A stretch of DNA of 64,000 bases from Diplonema japonicum (lineage: Eukaryota; Protista; Euglenozoa: Diplonemea), in the NCBI GenBank assembly GCA_964019335.1, contig OZ025761.1, positions 1 to 64,000 of the forward strand. The letters run 5' to 3'. How positions within the stretch are numbered: position 1 is the first letter of the stretch; each line of letters starts with the position of its first letter. The notes under the pieces are model-generated. The model was not told the origin of the DNA. It saw nothing but the letters and a program-made list of their open reading frames with translations, and did no database searches. Shown here one piece after another: positions 46,670 through 59,147 of the stretch. A program made the translations under genes and the position numbers.

Positions 46670-48295
46670 TGTAATATTTTCGTTTTCCCTTGGACCCCAT
46701 TTTTGCGTCTCTCGATATCAGTGACGGGGGTTCGCTGGGTGTGCACCCATGACCATTCTATCAGCCTTCTCCGTGAGCTGCATAGTCTAGCTATGGCAAG
46801 TCAGGTCTTCACTTTACTGAAGGGGTCCCACTCCTTGTGCATCATCTTGTCTAATTATAAACACTCTATAGAGGTCTTTAAATAGACAAAATGGTGGCAT
46901 ATAGTGGTGGACGGCTTTGACAAGGCAAAAAATAGGGATTTTCTGCCTCGTCAAACGGGTTTAGACTTCTGACCTTGGAAGGAAAAAAAAAAAGAAAAAG
47001 AAGAAGAAGGGGGGGGGGGGGGGGAGGAAAAAAGAAGAAGAGAATCACCAAATTAAGAATTCGTGTTGACACACAACGCGGTAGGTACTAAAGTGAAGGT
47101 TCAAAAAAAGGGAAGGGGGGGGGGGGTTTAGAATTTCTTGTTGTAGTTTCGTTTCTTTTTTTTTTTTTCCATATATTTTTGCTGTCTACGCACAACTTTC
47201 AGTAAAGAAAGCCTTTTTTTTTTTTTTGTTGCTTGCAGGGTTGACAAATTTAGAGAAAGAAGAGAAAAAAGAAGGGGGGGGAGAGAGAATAGCTATGGTA
47301 CCACCAACAAAGCACTTGAGATAAGCTAAACATAGCTCTTTCCCCAGCGACCGCACCGATACCCTTTGCTGGTCATCAGGAGAGGGGAGAGCTTACAAGG
47401 GGGGGAGTTGGCCCTGCTGACTGGACCTAGCCAATATGGTCATTGTCAAAGGTTATCTTCCAGCAGAGTGAAATAAAAAAAAAAAAGATTTATTTGCCAC
47501 GCCCCCTATCAACCATACGGCCTATGATGGGGGACCGACAGTGTAGCTAGCGCTTTTTTGCAATTTGTGTTATCGCGACTTAGTGCGATAAGCCGAGTCT
47601 TGTAAACACTTGAAGAAGAAGCATTTTGCAGGAGCCTTTTTTTTTTTTTTTTTTTTTCTTTTTTAAATTCCACTTCTTTTTCGACTTGCTCAGGTCGCAC
47701 CCACTAGTTGGAAGTGTGCTGGTTGTTTGGCACTTTAGCTTGCACAAGACTGTTGGCGATGTCACCTGCATAAAAGAAAGAAGAAAGACTTTTTAACCAT
47801 CTTTTGTAAATTCTTTTTTTTTTTTTCTTTTGGGAGGGGTTGCATCGATGGGTAGAAAAATAAAAAAATACTTTTTTTGCTTTTTTGCTTTTTTTTTTTT
47901 TTTTTTTTTTTTTTCATGGCAGGATATATTAATGGAGCTAAAAAGAAAAAGAAAATTCATCTATCAATGCACGAAAGAAATCAAAGGAAGGTATTGTAAT
48001 ACTTGTGCCATTTGTTTGCTTTTTTTTTTTTTTTTTTCTTTTTTTTTTCCGTTCATATTGCGTGTTGAGAGCACTACGCATCAAGAAAGAGGTAGGAAGG
48101 GATAACAGGTAGGGATATCATTTAGTTCCTGTACCACATGGCAATGCACCAGTGGCCGAGGTTCAAATTCTGCTTTTTTTTTTTTTTTTTTTTTTTTTTT
48201 TCTTACTAGAAGCAACAAAGAAAAACAATAGGAAAGAAAAAAAAATTCACTTTTCAAAACGAAATTTCTTTGGGAAAAGAAAAGAGAAAAAAATT

Positions 48296-48333
48296 CACTA
48301 TGATAGGAACGAAGTGGTTAGCAACGGCCCGCC
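48296..48333. repeat. 38-nt motif, copy 3
   Basis: Exact consensus copy. Confidence 0.9.
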
Positions 48334-48500
48334 GTTGGAAAAAAAAAAAAGAGAAAAAAAAAACTTAGCTTAGCTTCACATATCCCCGAAACCCTACCAC
48401 CCCCCATGTGAGAATGTTATTAAAACAGTGGCGGGGGGGGGGGGGGGGGAGGGGAGGGGAGTCACACCACACCTCAGGTATATGAAGAAACATTATTTAC

Positions 48501-50427
48501 GCTCAGGATCCGCTAAGTGACCCATCAGAAATCGCAAAATAACGGGCTAACAAAATTTCTAATTGCTTTTTCTAGGGCTGGAATAGATTTATTTGCGTCC
48601 AGGGGGGCCAATGTTCGACATATGGATTTTCTGGAAAAAACCTTTCACATTCTTTCTTTCTTTATTTATATATGGTCACCTCTCCGCTATTTGTCACAAA
48701 GTACTGCCCGCAAATTTCATATTTCTTTCAGTGTAAAAATCAAAAGCCATGCCTCCGATTTGCTCCAGAAGTGGAATAAAATTTTGAATAAGAAAATCAT
48801 GGCTAGGTGCTGTCATTTCTTTTACTTTTTTTTAAACCCAGCGAAAATTAAGCAGGATTTACACTAGTTTTCCATGTCAAAGTTGTGCAAACTGTGTTCA
48901 GACACCACGAGAACCGGTATCTTGTTATCCAGCTTCCGGCGTTGTGGCTTCTAATTGGGTGTGGGTCTTGCATCAGCACCTCGGTGTCTGTGGACACTGC
49001 CTGACAGGAAGGTGGAGTAGCCAACTACATCAGCACCCGAGCCCAGGTACTGTATGTGGAATTCATGAAAAGTGCCTTGGGTGTAACACAGCCCAATGCG
49101 TTGATCACTCCCCGGAGAAACACGAATTGTTCTGCGACTTTGATGCAGAATCGATTCATTTTAGCGCAGGCTATGCCTGCCGACAATGCATCAGAACGCG
49201 TTTTCCTTGCAGGAGACTCTCGTGTTCTGTAACACAAACGCTTGTCACTGTTGTCCAAGGAAAAGAACTTAACGATGTCCTTCGGGTCGACATCCTTGTC
49301 CAGGAAAGAAGTGAAAAGGTCCCTCTTTGCCTTTGGTGAGAACTCGCATAAGGCCTTCTGGGCGGGGTGCTCTTCGGGGGCTCTGCAGTTGTTCGTCGTT
49401 GCAAGCCTCTTGCGCTTCAGGGTGGGGGCCTAAACTCCTCCTCGTCTTGGGCTTCCTGCCGCCTAACGTTCTCGTTACGCACCTTCGCAGCACTACAGAT
49501 GACCTTATCCTCAGCCACATAACTAGGGATTCCCAAAGATATCCTAGCGTTCCAAGTATTCTCCGGGATCGACTGAAGTGTTTCCCTCTTCACAATTCCT
49601 AAACGCTCCTTCGACTTCGTGGCCTCTGGGCAGTTGAAGTTACCACTAGGACAGTGGCCCTTAGCCCACCCATTCTTCGAGACCAGCTCTGTTAGGTGTG
49701 TCGGTCTGTCACCACATTCTGGAGTGTTTCGGGAAATGTTCCAACTGTTCGCCTATCGTCCTGCCGAGCTGTGGTTCTTCTCACTTCGTGCTGGAGGATG
49801 AGATTACGTTCCGTAAGTTTGAAAATGTCAAGCCCACTCTGATCTGAGGCGGCAGAAACCACCGTTTCTCCCACCGAATTCCTTCGGTTCTTTGCAGAAG
49901 ATGCCGAAAAGCCGCTGCAAGAGTCCCAACAGCACCCCACAAGTACCTCATGGTGTTTGCTGGGCCAAAAGAGCACTCTGAAGACTTAAGACTTAGAAGT
50001 GTCGCTGTGTAGAAAATCTGATTTTATTGCCTGAATCAGGAAAAAACAGGCCAAAAAACGCACACAAATTGGCTCACTAGTGCCCACCGAAGATCGAACA
50101 GAGACAAAAGCACCTTCCAGTGGGACCCCTCTTTGGCTGCAGATTGTCAATAAAATTTTTTATGTTGCGCGTTTCTGGGTGAATAAATCGGGATTTTGCT
50201 GCATTTTCCCCTTTTTCGTGACAGCCGAATTTCGGTTCATTTTTATGTTTCAGCCCCCCACATTGTATTTTTTTCTCAAAAGCAAGCCCTTTAACGGAGT
50301 TTTCGGGACTATTTACACACTTCTTTCATACTTCCTGTGGTTGCATGCTGCCCTTTTTTTGTGAAAATTTAAAAAAGCGTTTTTTCGCATTTTTCGAAAA
50401 AAGCATTGACAAATAGCGGAGAGGTGA

Positions 50428-50462
<35 letters not shown>

Positions 50463-50520
50463 CCCTGGGCCCTGGGAAACCACTATGGACAAAAGCTGAG
50501 TCACTTAACGGATCCGGAGC
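48501..50520. mobile_element. 2.0-kb decayed TIR DNA transposon, superfamily unassigned
   Basis: 24-bp TIRs with 3 mismatches (gctcaggatccgctaagtgaccca / tgagtcacttaacggatccggagc) and a broken coding-like interior. Confidence 0.7.
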
Positions 50521-50537
50521 TTTAAGAAAAAAAAATT

Positions 50538-50572
50538 CACTACGATAGGAACGAAGTGGTTAGCAACGGCCC
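50538..50572. repeat. 38-nt motif, copy 4
   Basis: cactacgataggaacgaagtggttagcaacggccc. Confidence 0.9.
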
Positions 50573-50820
50573 ACAAAAAATGAGAAGAAGAAGCGGGAGG
50601 GGGAGCAGGGCGAGGAGGAAAAGGACATTACAAAGAAAATATTCACTTGCGTATCCTCACCCCTCTTCTCATCCCCCCCCCCCCCCCCCCCCCACGGCAC
50701 CACGTCAAAAGAAAGAGAAAAAAAAAAAAAGAGAGTCAATTAATTGTTGCTTGTGCAATCATGATCGGCAGATATCTTTTTTTCTTTTTTTTTTTGTTTT
50801 TGTGGTGCACTACCACTACT

Positions 50821-50854
<34 letters not shown>

Positions 50855-50879
50855 ACTTCTTTTAAAACTTTTTTTTTTC

Positions 50880-53642
50880 TTACTCATTAAACACACAAGG
50901 GGGAGGGGACAGTGTTGCCTCTTCCCTACTGTACTTCACCGAGCTTGGGGGGGGCAGCTTCCTAGGCGACACGACCATGTCATGAAAACTAGGCAGGGAA
51001 TCAACATCAACCTGCTGCAACAACGCAGACTCCAACAACTCCCCAGCGGCCGGACGCTCTGACTCCTCCCTCTTGAAACACATCGCAAGTATCGCTTGGA
51101 ACGCACCAGGCACACCCTCAATCTCCACAACAGGGTTAATAGTCTGCAGCCTCCCCAGCTGATATATAAAAGCACTATGAGGCAACGATAACGCCTCCTT
51201 ACCATAAGGCAAGGTCCCGGTTAAACAAACAGCAACTGTAACTCCTAAACTCCAAATATCGGATCGAAATGTTGGGAATCCAAGACAGGCCTCGGGGGAC
51301 ATGTACAAGGGTGTTCCCAACAACTGTGTGTCGCCAGAGTCCAACCGCCAGGAAGCTCCGAAATCGGCGAGTTTACACTGTCCGTCATTCATTAGCAAAA
51401 CGTTCTCCGGTTTAATGTCGCGGTGGATCACACGCGAGCTGTGGAGGTATGCCAGTCCGCGGAGCATATCACGAAGGTACCTTGTCATACAATTTGGAGG
51501 AAGGCGGGTGAAGGACTTTATAACGTCAGCTAGTGAACCGCCTGGCATGTACTCCATGATGACTATAAGGTGGTTCTCAGTGATGGCGAGGCCGAAGTAT
51601 GTTACGATGTTGTCGTGCCTGAGGTCGGAGAGAAGCTTTATCTCGTTGGCCAGGCGTTTTAATTCGTCTGAGCTCGACCGTCGTTTTCTCAGCATGGTGG
51701 GCTTTTGTCCTTGCGGTAAGGGCAGCGTCTTCAATGCAGCAAACCCACCGCTATCCTCCATGCCCGTCCACACCTCCCCGAAGTTCCCCCTCCCCAACAG
51801 CTTCGTTGATCTGTAATACACATTGTTCTCCCTGTCTATGATCCTAGTAGGTACATCGCCGATAAGGTTTATCGTTTCCCTGTTGACCGCTTCCTCAATG
51901 ACCTTGCCTATACTGAATGTTGATGATTTCCTCGTGAAGGGTTGGTTTAAACCCATGAATGGTGAGCCGGGGGAACCCGGGGTGATGTGTTGTTCTTCTT
52001 CCCACTCCGAACGGGGTTCCTTGCAGTAATTCGAGGTTTGAAACCCGGGCTGCAGTGCTATCTGGAGCAGCCTGTGCGCCTGCTTATCTCTCGGAGCGTT
52101 TGCAAGATGACGTTGGAACCCGAGAACAGCTGCACCAGCGTTCAACATTTTAAAAGCTTCGAATCCCTCTGAGAAGTCCTTACTGATGTACTGGCGGTGT
52201 TTTACGATTTCATGGACGCACTCTGCGACGGAATCAGGGCGGATGACATCGATAGGCCTCACGAGGATGGCTGGGTCTGTCATTCGTTCCCGGGTGCTAG
52301 CAGATACCACACACTTCGCAGAGATCGCCCTCCCGAGGCTTAGCAACGATTTGCACAACGAAATCGGCCGGCCGAAACAGGTGTGTGTCTTTGTCAGTGA
52401 ATCGCCTATCGTTCCGGCATACACGTGGCCCGATGATATCGCAGCGTTCCAAGGTGTGGCGGTCTCGATGGACACCGCCGAGCTCTCAAGAGCTAAATAA
52501 GTATTAACACCCGCTGCCCAGTGGCGTGGTGCGTTAGAATGGCAATTGAAGGTTGTGGTCAGGCTGTCCGCTGCTAGCAAATGTGTGACGCCGTTTTTCT
52601 CGCGAAAAACCTCTAAACAAAGTGGGACGAAGGCGCGCACCCATGCCTCGTCTGGGTTCTGTGCATGGCCCAGGGTACCTATCGCCAAGATGGTCGCCTG
52701 CCGTTCTCTTAAACCGCTTGTCGAAAACCTTTTTGTCAACGGGTTCACCGCGACAGTAGCTACGTCCGCTGCTGCGCCGTTGCACTCATCTCCATCGTCA
52801 TCGACAAGTACCGCTTGGTTCATGTGCGCGCGGTACTTGAAGAGGTTGCTTACCATCACCGTGAAGCTGCTTTCCATGCTTCTGATCTCTTCGATGTACG
52901 AAACCCGCCGCTTGCTGATGTTTTCCAAATCCATACTTGCGACTTGGTCCATCGCCTGGCACAGGTCCTGAAGGGGATCGGAGATCTTCCCCGCGAAGAT
53001 CACGGTGAACAATAAAAGCACGGCGAGGAGCCCCACCTCCGCCCCGACAGCCATCGCCACGACACCCTTTTCGAATCTGTTCCTCGTGCTGCGAGACGTG
53101 GTTTGCCGTTGTTGCTTCAGCTCTGCTGTGGATGTAGCGTTTGACTTCAGCATGATAACTATCCACAGGGGATCTTGGTATCGTGATTTTGTGGTGATAT
53201 AACCGCCCCAGGTCCCTTCATAGGTTCCGTTGGTGTGTTTGCTGAGTTGTGAAATAACGTGGTCTTCCGAGTCTTGTGCCTTGATTGAGTCGCTACCATG
53301 TGACGATGAGAGGAGGAGCTCGTGGTCTGCCGTGCCGGGTTCGAGGTGGACCAGTACAATGCGGGAGTTGAACTGTGCCAGGACGTCCTTTGCAAAATAG
53401 TTCAAAAGGAGGGTGTCGTTGCCGATCCCCAGGTCCCGCAGGATAATGTTCCCCACTACGGTGCCCAGCGCACTGGCCCCGTTGCCGAGGGACGCTTCGA
53501 GTAGACCATCACAGCTAGCATCCAAGTCCTCCATTGCTTCACCCGCCGAGATGCAGCATATCGTCACTGATACAAAACCAGAAATAAGGACCACACTGCT
53601 GCATAACAGTGTGATGGCAATTCTTGTTGTGCACACTATCAT
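50880..53642 (-). CDS. Receptor kinase: 2 TM, HAMP-like, degenerate cyclase, helical linker, STE11/MAP3K-like Ser/Thr kinase
   Basis: Intact kinase motifs LGRGNFGEV, AALK, HRDIKPEN, DFG and GTPLYMSPE; cyclase-like ISSGHVYAG..G; KYRAHM linker. Confidence 0.88.
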   Translation of the reverse strand: MIVCTTRIAITLLCSSVVLISGFVSVTICCISAGEAMEDLDASCDGLLEASLGNGASALGTVVGNIILRDLGIGNDTLLLNYFAKDVLAQFNSRIVLVHLEPGTADHELLLSSSHGSDSIKAQDSEDHVISQLSKHTNGTYEGTWGGYITTKSRYQDPLWIVIMLKSNATSTAELKQQRQTTSRSTRNRFEKGVVAMAVGAEVGLLAVLLLFTVIFAGKISDPLQDLCQAMDQVASMDLENISKRRVSYIEEIRSMESSFTVMVSNLFKYRAHMNQAVLVDDDGDECNGAAADVATVAVNPLTKRFSTSGLRERQATILAIGTLGHAQNPDEAWVRAFVPLCLEVFREKNGVTHLLAADSLTTTFNCHSNAPRHWAAGVNTYLALESSAVSIETATPWNAAISSGHVYAGTIGDSLTKTHTCFGRPISLCKSLLSLGRAISAKCVVSASTRERMTDPAILVRPIDVIRPDSVAECVHEIVKHRQYISKDFSEGFEAFKMLNAGAAVLGFQRHLANAPRDKQAHRLLQIALQPGFQTSNYCKEPRSEWEEEQHITPGSPGSPFMGLNQPFTRKSSTFSIGKVIEEAVNRETINLIGDVPTRIIDRENNVYYRSTKLLGRGNFGEVWTGMEDSGGFAALKTLPLPQGQKPTMLRKRRSSSDELKRLANEIKLLSDLRHDNIVTYFGLAITENHLIVIMEYMPGGSLADVIKSFTRLPPNCMTRYLRDMLRGLAYLHSSRVIHRDIKPENVLLMNDGQCKLADFGASWRLDSGDTQLLGTPLYMSPEACLGFPTFRSDIWSLGVTVAVCLTGTLPYGKEALSLPHSAFIYQLGRLQTINPVVEIEGVPGAFQAILAMCFKREESERPAAGELLESALLQQVDVDSLPSFHDMVVSPRKLPPPSSVKYSREEATLSPPPCVFNE

Positions 53643-54606
53643 TTTCTTTTTTTTTTGAGAAAGGGGAGGAAAGGGGGGGGGGGGGGTTATTGTGTAAAGA
53701 TCCTTTGTGTGTTTTTTTTTTTTTTTTTTTTTTTTTTTTGCATAATTATAAACCGTATAAAAAAAACGGGGTTGGGAAAGAAAACAAAAAGGAGGGGGGG
53801 AACTATAAAAGAAAAAACATAGAGATTAGATTCATTAACGTTAAGAGGGAAGAGGGGAGGGGGAGGGGGTAGAAAATATACTAAAAACACCTTTTTCTTT
53901 GATGAAGTAGGCTTTTTTTTTTTTTTCCTCTTTTTTCACCCCTGGTTCTATTTCTCGTTCTCCTCAAATTATTACCTTCTCTTTTTTTTTCTTTTTTTTT
54001 TTTTTTTTTTTTTTCTAAAATCATATCGTTCAGATAAAGTTGGTACCACACAAATTTCGCTTGCACACACGTTCGTAAAGGGGAAGAAGAAAAAGGAAGA
54101 ATAAAAAAAAAAAAAAAAAATACCCCTCTTGATATAGAGGATGACAGTAAAAGTGACTGTTGCACAGAATGGTTTTTTTGAGCTTTTTCTTTTGGTGCCT
54201 GCCACAAAGAAAATACGAGTCATTGTCCGGGGGGGGGGGGGGGGGGGATATTGTTGTGATTGTGATTGTGATTGTGTGTGTGTGTGTGTGTGTGTGGGGG
54301 GGGGGGGGTGCTTCTTTTTGTTCTTTTTTGGAGAAGACAAAGAAGGGAGTGAAGAAAATTGTTTTGTGTTCAATTTCTTTTTTTTCTTTTTTTTTTCCCC
54401 TTTTTTTTTTGTATTTAACAAGTACTGCTTAGTTTCTTGTTAAGAACGGGAGGAAAGAAAAAGAAGGAGAAAAAAAAGGAGTAGTGGCAGCATGCAGTAC
54501 TTATCTCAGGATTTGTACCATTCACAAACAAAAAATAAGTATCGACTCTTGTTGTTTATTTTTTTTGGGGGGGGGAGGACAAGCACTTGCAACAAATATA
54601 TTACCG

Positions 54607-54642
<36 letters not shown>

Positions 54643-55131
54643 ACTTTTTTAAGTAACCATATGGTACCTCAGATCTGCTGGGAGCACGTCGGTGCAGTCA
54701 CCTTCTGAACAGCCTCGAAGATTCGTTTTCCATTAAGATTTCTTCGTTCACTAAGATGTTTCATTTTTTTAACTCAGCAACTTTGCTGAGGCCGAGGCCT
54801 GTTGTCAAAGGCTGCAAAAAGCAGCAAAAGACGACGGTCAAGCAGAGGAGGTAGGAAGCTAATGGTAACGTGGCCTCTCTTCGCAACTTTTTTTTTTTTT
54901 TTTTTCTTGCCTGCCTTCTTTAAAAGCTCTTACTGCAGAAACAAAAATTTCTCCCAGGGACGGCGTGCAGGACGGCAGGTAGTTAGAAAGGTCTAAAAAA
55001 AAAAGAAAAATGCCATTTTTTTTTTTCTTTACAGTAATAAGTAAAATCTTTTGGAGCCAAAAAAGAAAAGGGGGGGGAAAAAAAATCCTCAAGTTTTTTT
55101 TTGTTTGTTTGTTCGTTTTCTTTTGTTTTTT

Positions 55132-55166
<35 letters not shown>

Positions 55167-55623
55167 CCTTCCAGAAACCTGGGCTGGGCACTTTGGAACC
55201 AAGGGGGCCGACTTTGGGTGTTTCGAGACTTAGGGATCAAGTTACCAACCAGAGGGGGAAAAAAAAAAATCAACACCAGTGGTTTAGCAACGCTCACCCA
55301 GCAAAGAAAAAGAAAAAGAGGAAAAAACTGTCTGAGGTCAGGGGTGGTCACTTTCTTGCCTCGCTTAAAGGAGGTATAGCCATGCACCTTGCACCTGCTA
55401 CCCCAAAATAAATAGGAGAGAGAGAACAGGCAAGCTATTCTTTTTTTTTCTTTTTTTTTTTTCTTTTATTTTTTTCAAAGACATTCCTTCTCTGGTACCT
55501 TAGCTGGTTTCCCTTCTTATTTCCTATCGTTTAAAAAAAAAAAAAAAAAAAAAAAAGAAAAGCCATTAAGCCTATATGTCTTTGTTGTTCGCACGAATAA
55601 AAAGGATTTTAAAAGCTGCGAGT

Positions 55624-55662
<39 letters not shown>

Positions 55663-55738
55663 CTTGTTTGCTCAGCAACAAGTTGCAATCTAGAGATATA
55701 AAATCATTTTTTTTTTTTTTGAAAAGTTAAATAGTGTA

Positions 55739-57445
55739 CCGGGGTTTGCACTTATTATGTACTGTAAAAAGTCCTAAATTGGGTAAAAAAAAAATAAAAA
55801 AAAAAAAGTAACATAATTTATTACATAGCCTGCACGTTATAACGCAAGCATAACGTTATCAAGTTGATATTTTAAAATACCCGGTATCAAATACTATAAC
55901 GCAAAAAAGGGCCCATAATCTGTTACGTTACCCGTTATTTTAACGATATCGAATTAAATAACGTTATTTAATTCGGGCAAATATTAAATAACGTTATTTT
56001 TTATTCGGAATAACGTTATTTTATTCAATGGATGATCGATGTTGCCAATATTTTTACCAAGACCAATTTTCAATTTTTTTTTTTTTTTTTTTTTTTTTTC
56101 AAAAACCCTATTTTGACGATCTGAGCCCATTCCGACCTCCAAAACCCAAAATAGAGCCCTATTTAAGGCTTTAAATGCAGTTTTGAGAAAATTGGGTTTT
56201 CGGACTTGTAATCAATATTGGGCCAGGGTCGATTCTTTACCTATATTTCAGGCAAAAAAAAAAAAAGAAAAAACCCATGTATGATATGAATCCGTCCAGA
56301 AAGAATGTGTTCAACAGCTTTTCGGGAAAATAATCCTTTTCTATGTCGTTTCGATACTCTAGTGGGTCGGCTTTGTGCATCTGGGGCCCCCAGGAGACGA
56401 ATAGAAGGGTTGTAATGATATGGTTTCAATGCTCGCCTCCCATTTTAATTTTAGTGACTTTTGATGTCGCTCCAAGTTAAAATTTAAACATGAAGGGAGG
56501 GAAACTGGTAAAAAGGTAGTCTCAATTTTAGTGCCATGCGGTATGTGACAGCGGCCACCCTTGTGAAACTTCGCCCCGAAGCCTCCCAAGTCCCCTGTGG
56601 TCCCGTAGTAAGTAAAAGCGGAGAGGTAAAGAAGGTTTTTCAAAAAGGGAGGAGCCACAGAAGCAATTAAACACCAACTGGGGAGTTGTGGGAGGCTTGC
56701 TTCACTGGCACAAGGCCGCGGAGAGGCTACTTGCCACTTGGTGAAACCACCTCCTTGTTCTATTTATTGGGATAAGGTGCACGGCTTCAGAACGACCCAG
56801 GAACCACCACTGGGAGGTCGGAGGCAAACATCGGTCCCCTAAAAAAGGGGGAAACTAACTTTTCTGGAAAATAATCCTCTCGTGCTTTCGTTAGCTTTCT
56901 CTGGAATATCCGCACCAGCACTAAAGAGAGTCCTTGTCTCCAGACGTTCCTGCCACCACGGACTGCTCGTACGATGCAGCGAACAAAGCGCCGTTCCCTC
57001 ATGCATCTCATGCATCTCATGCATCGTCTGGAGTCCCACTGACTCGGGAATCTCTTCTAAGTACTTTCTGGGGGTAGCCATGCCTTCCAAACACCCACAA
57101 GTACCCCTCTAGTTCTCTTGTAGTCTCTTATCCCTCCCTGGAATCCCTCCTTGGAACAGCGTCTTCATTCTCCAAATTTTCACCGATTAAAATAACATAA
57201 AATAACGCACCCAAAATTCGCCACAATTGGGGTGGGCTTCGGATGTTAAGTTACCCATGTTCATGGTCTCTAAAAATCATATTTCGTGTTTCTGGACCCC
57301 ATCTCGACATCTGCGGGGGTATAGAGGACCTCGGCGTGCCCAAGCCAATTTTGCACTATTTAAATACCCGATTGGTATCGGTATAACGTGCAGGCTATGT
57401 TATTACAGCATTTATAAACACGGTATAAAATAAGTACAAATCCGG
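55739..57445. mobile_element. 1.7-kb TIR element containing repeat B
   Basis: ccgg..tttg.acttatt and acatagcctgcacgttata occur inverted at both ends. Subterminal palindromic ATAACGTTAT repeats at 55850-56020. Confidence 0.65.
56518..56840. repeat. Dispersed repeat B copy
   Basis: Colinear with 6040-6478. Confidence 0.85.
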
Positions 57446-57449
57446 AATA

Positions 57450-58464
57450 TGAGCTCGTCCGGAAAAAAATGTTAACAAATGACCCTCCTATGCGGCGGAA
57501 AACCCCCGTTAAATTTCTAAGTAAAAAAGTAGTCCGACACCACTTTGTGTGCAGAAATGCAGTCTAAGCTTGAACACCATATAGGTCAAAATGCTCGCCG
57601 TTTGTTTTATTTTTAAAACGCACGTGCAAAAACATGTTTTTTTAGAATGGTTTTTGGCAAACGAAGTTACAAATAACCCAGACGCCATTTTTTATTTTCG
57701 TTTTTCCGTGAAAAGTGACAGGAGGAATGGATGCAGACTGAAAATCTGTGAAACCTTTGGGGTCATTTTGGGTGGGCTGGACTCTAAATCACTATTAAAA
57801 TGGGGTGGGGAGAACTTACCCTTAATGTGCCATTTTCGCCTATTTAAGGCTAAAATCCCTTTAAAACCCCTTAAAAAAACAAAATTTTCACTTTTAAAGT
57901 ATTAGGAGTGCAAAAGAAAAGGAAAAACCTCAGCAGATGGGTAGAGAATGAAAGTTTGACCCCAAAGATACCAATGTCGAAGCTCTGCATGAGCAGGCAA
58001 GTGTTAAGATTTGGTTTTTCTGAAAAAGGTCAAAATCCCTTAGGAACCCCTGAAAAAGCCAAAAAATGGGGTGTAAAAACCGGGTTTTCAGGGGCTATGC
58101 GGCGCCATATATTTTTCGCTAAGTACTTTAACAGTAACCCGACCCTGGGTTGTACCCAGGGGTCACAAGTGCTTGAACACCAATTTTATGCACCCTAGAT
58201 GCTGCATTTTAAGCAATAAAAATGCATTTTAAACATTTTCGCCGTTTTTCTGACCTCTCTTTTTCGCTTCCCGGGGGCAGCCGGTTGCAAAGCCTGCCAC
58301 CCTCATGGCAAAACAAGCATCGCAATTGAAAGAACGGTGTCATGTACACCATATATGTCATCTTCCTATAGTTGCATGCTGCCCCTTTTTTGCTCAAATA
58401 ATCAAAACAAGAAATTTTCGGAGGTGCCCAAAAAAGTGTTGACATTTTCGTCCAGACGAGCTCA
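57450..58464. mobile_element. TGAGCTCGTC-TIR element, longer copy, TA target duplication
   Basis: ta|tgagctcgtcc...cagacgagctca|ta. The interior is the reverse complement of 23545-24176 plus insertions. Confidence 0.85.
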
Positions 58465-58736
58465 TATAAAAAAAAAAAAAACAAAAAAAAAAAAACATAA
58501 TATAATTATAGACCAATGTAGCCTCACGCCGAATCAGGAGAGGCAACAATGGAAATATATAAAAGATAAAGGACGCGGTGTTGTGGGAGGAGGGGAGGCA
58601 AGCTAACAAAAGGGGGAAAAAAAAAAAAAGGAAAAAAAAAGAAAAGAAAGGAACATTGCTCTGTGGGGCCAGAGACAATCCTGAAGAGAAGAAAGAAATG
58701 GGGGGGTAAAGGTGGAAATCAAAGGAAAAAAAAAAA

Positions 58737-58998
58737 GTGCCAGGACTTGGTACCTGGAGAGTGGCCGATTTTTGGATGGTCGGTATTTAGCTTCAGGGCA
58801 GTCACAATAGGCCTGTTTGGGTCCGCAAAAAACACGCTGCATGCAGCCAGTGTGCCGTCCTAGAGGTCCGTCCTGTGCATGCAGTTGCACGTGGCGTTTC
58901 AGACTAATGTAGTACCAACTCCACCTTCCTGCAGTTGGCGGCTCACGATGCAAGCTGTTTGAAACATAAAAAATCGGCCAAGTACCAAGTCCTGGCAC
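58737..58998. mobile_element. ~260-bp MITE
   Basis: Perfect 17-bp TIR gtgccaggacttggtac plus an inner inverted repeat tggccgattttt. Confidence 0.75.
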
Positions 58999-59098
58999 AT
59001 TTCTTTTTTTTTCCCCCCCCCCGATTTTTTTAAATTTATCTATTTTTGGGCAAAAAAAAAAATAATTCTTTATGACTATGTCTTTGTTGTTTCACACA

Positions 59099-59147
<49 letters not shown>

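Noticed and set aside
47320-47395. Hammerhead-like CUGAUGA..GAAA on the minus strand
   Set aside because: Stem II can form, but there is no U16.1/NUH triplet and no stem I partner.
48900-49520. Merlin/ISXO2 transposase assignment for the 2-kb TIR element
   Set aside because: Only faint fragmentary motifs and no 8-9 bp target duplication; left unassigned.
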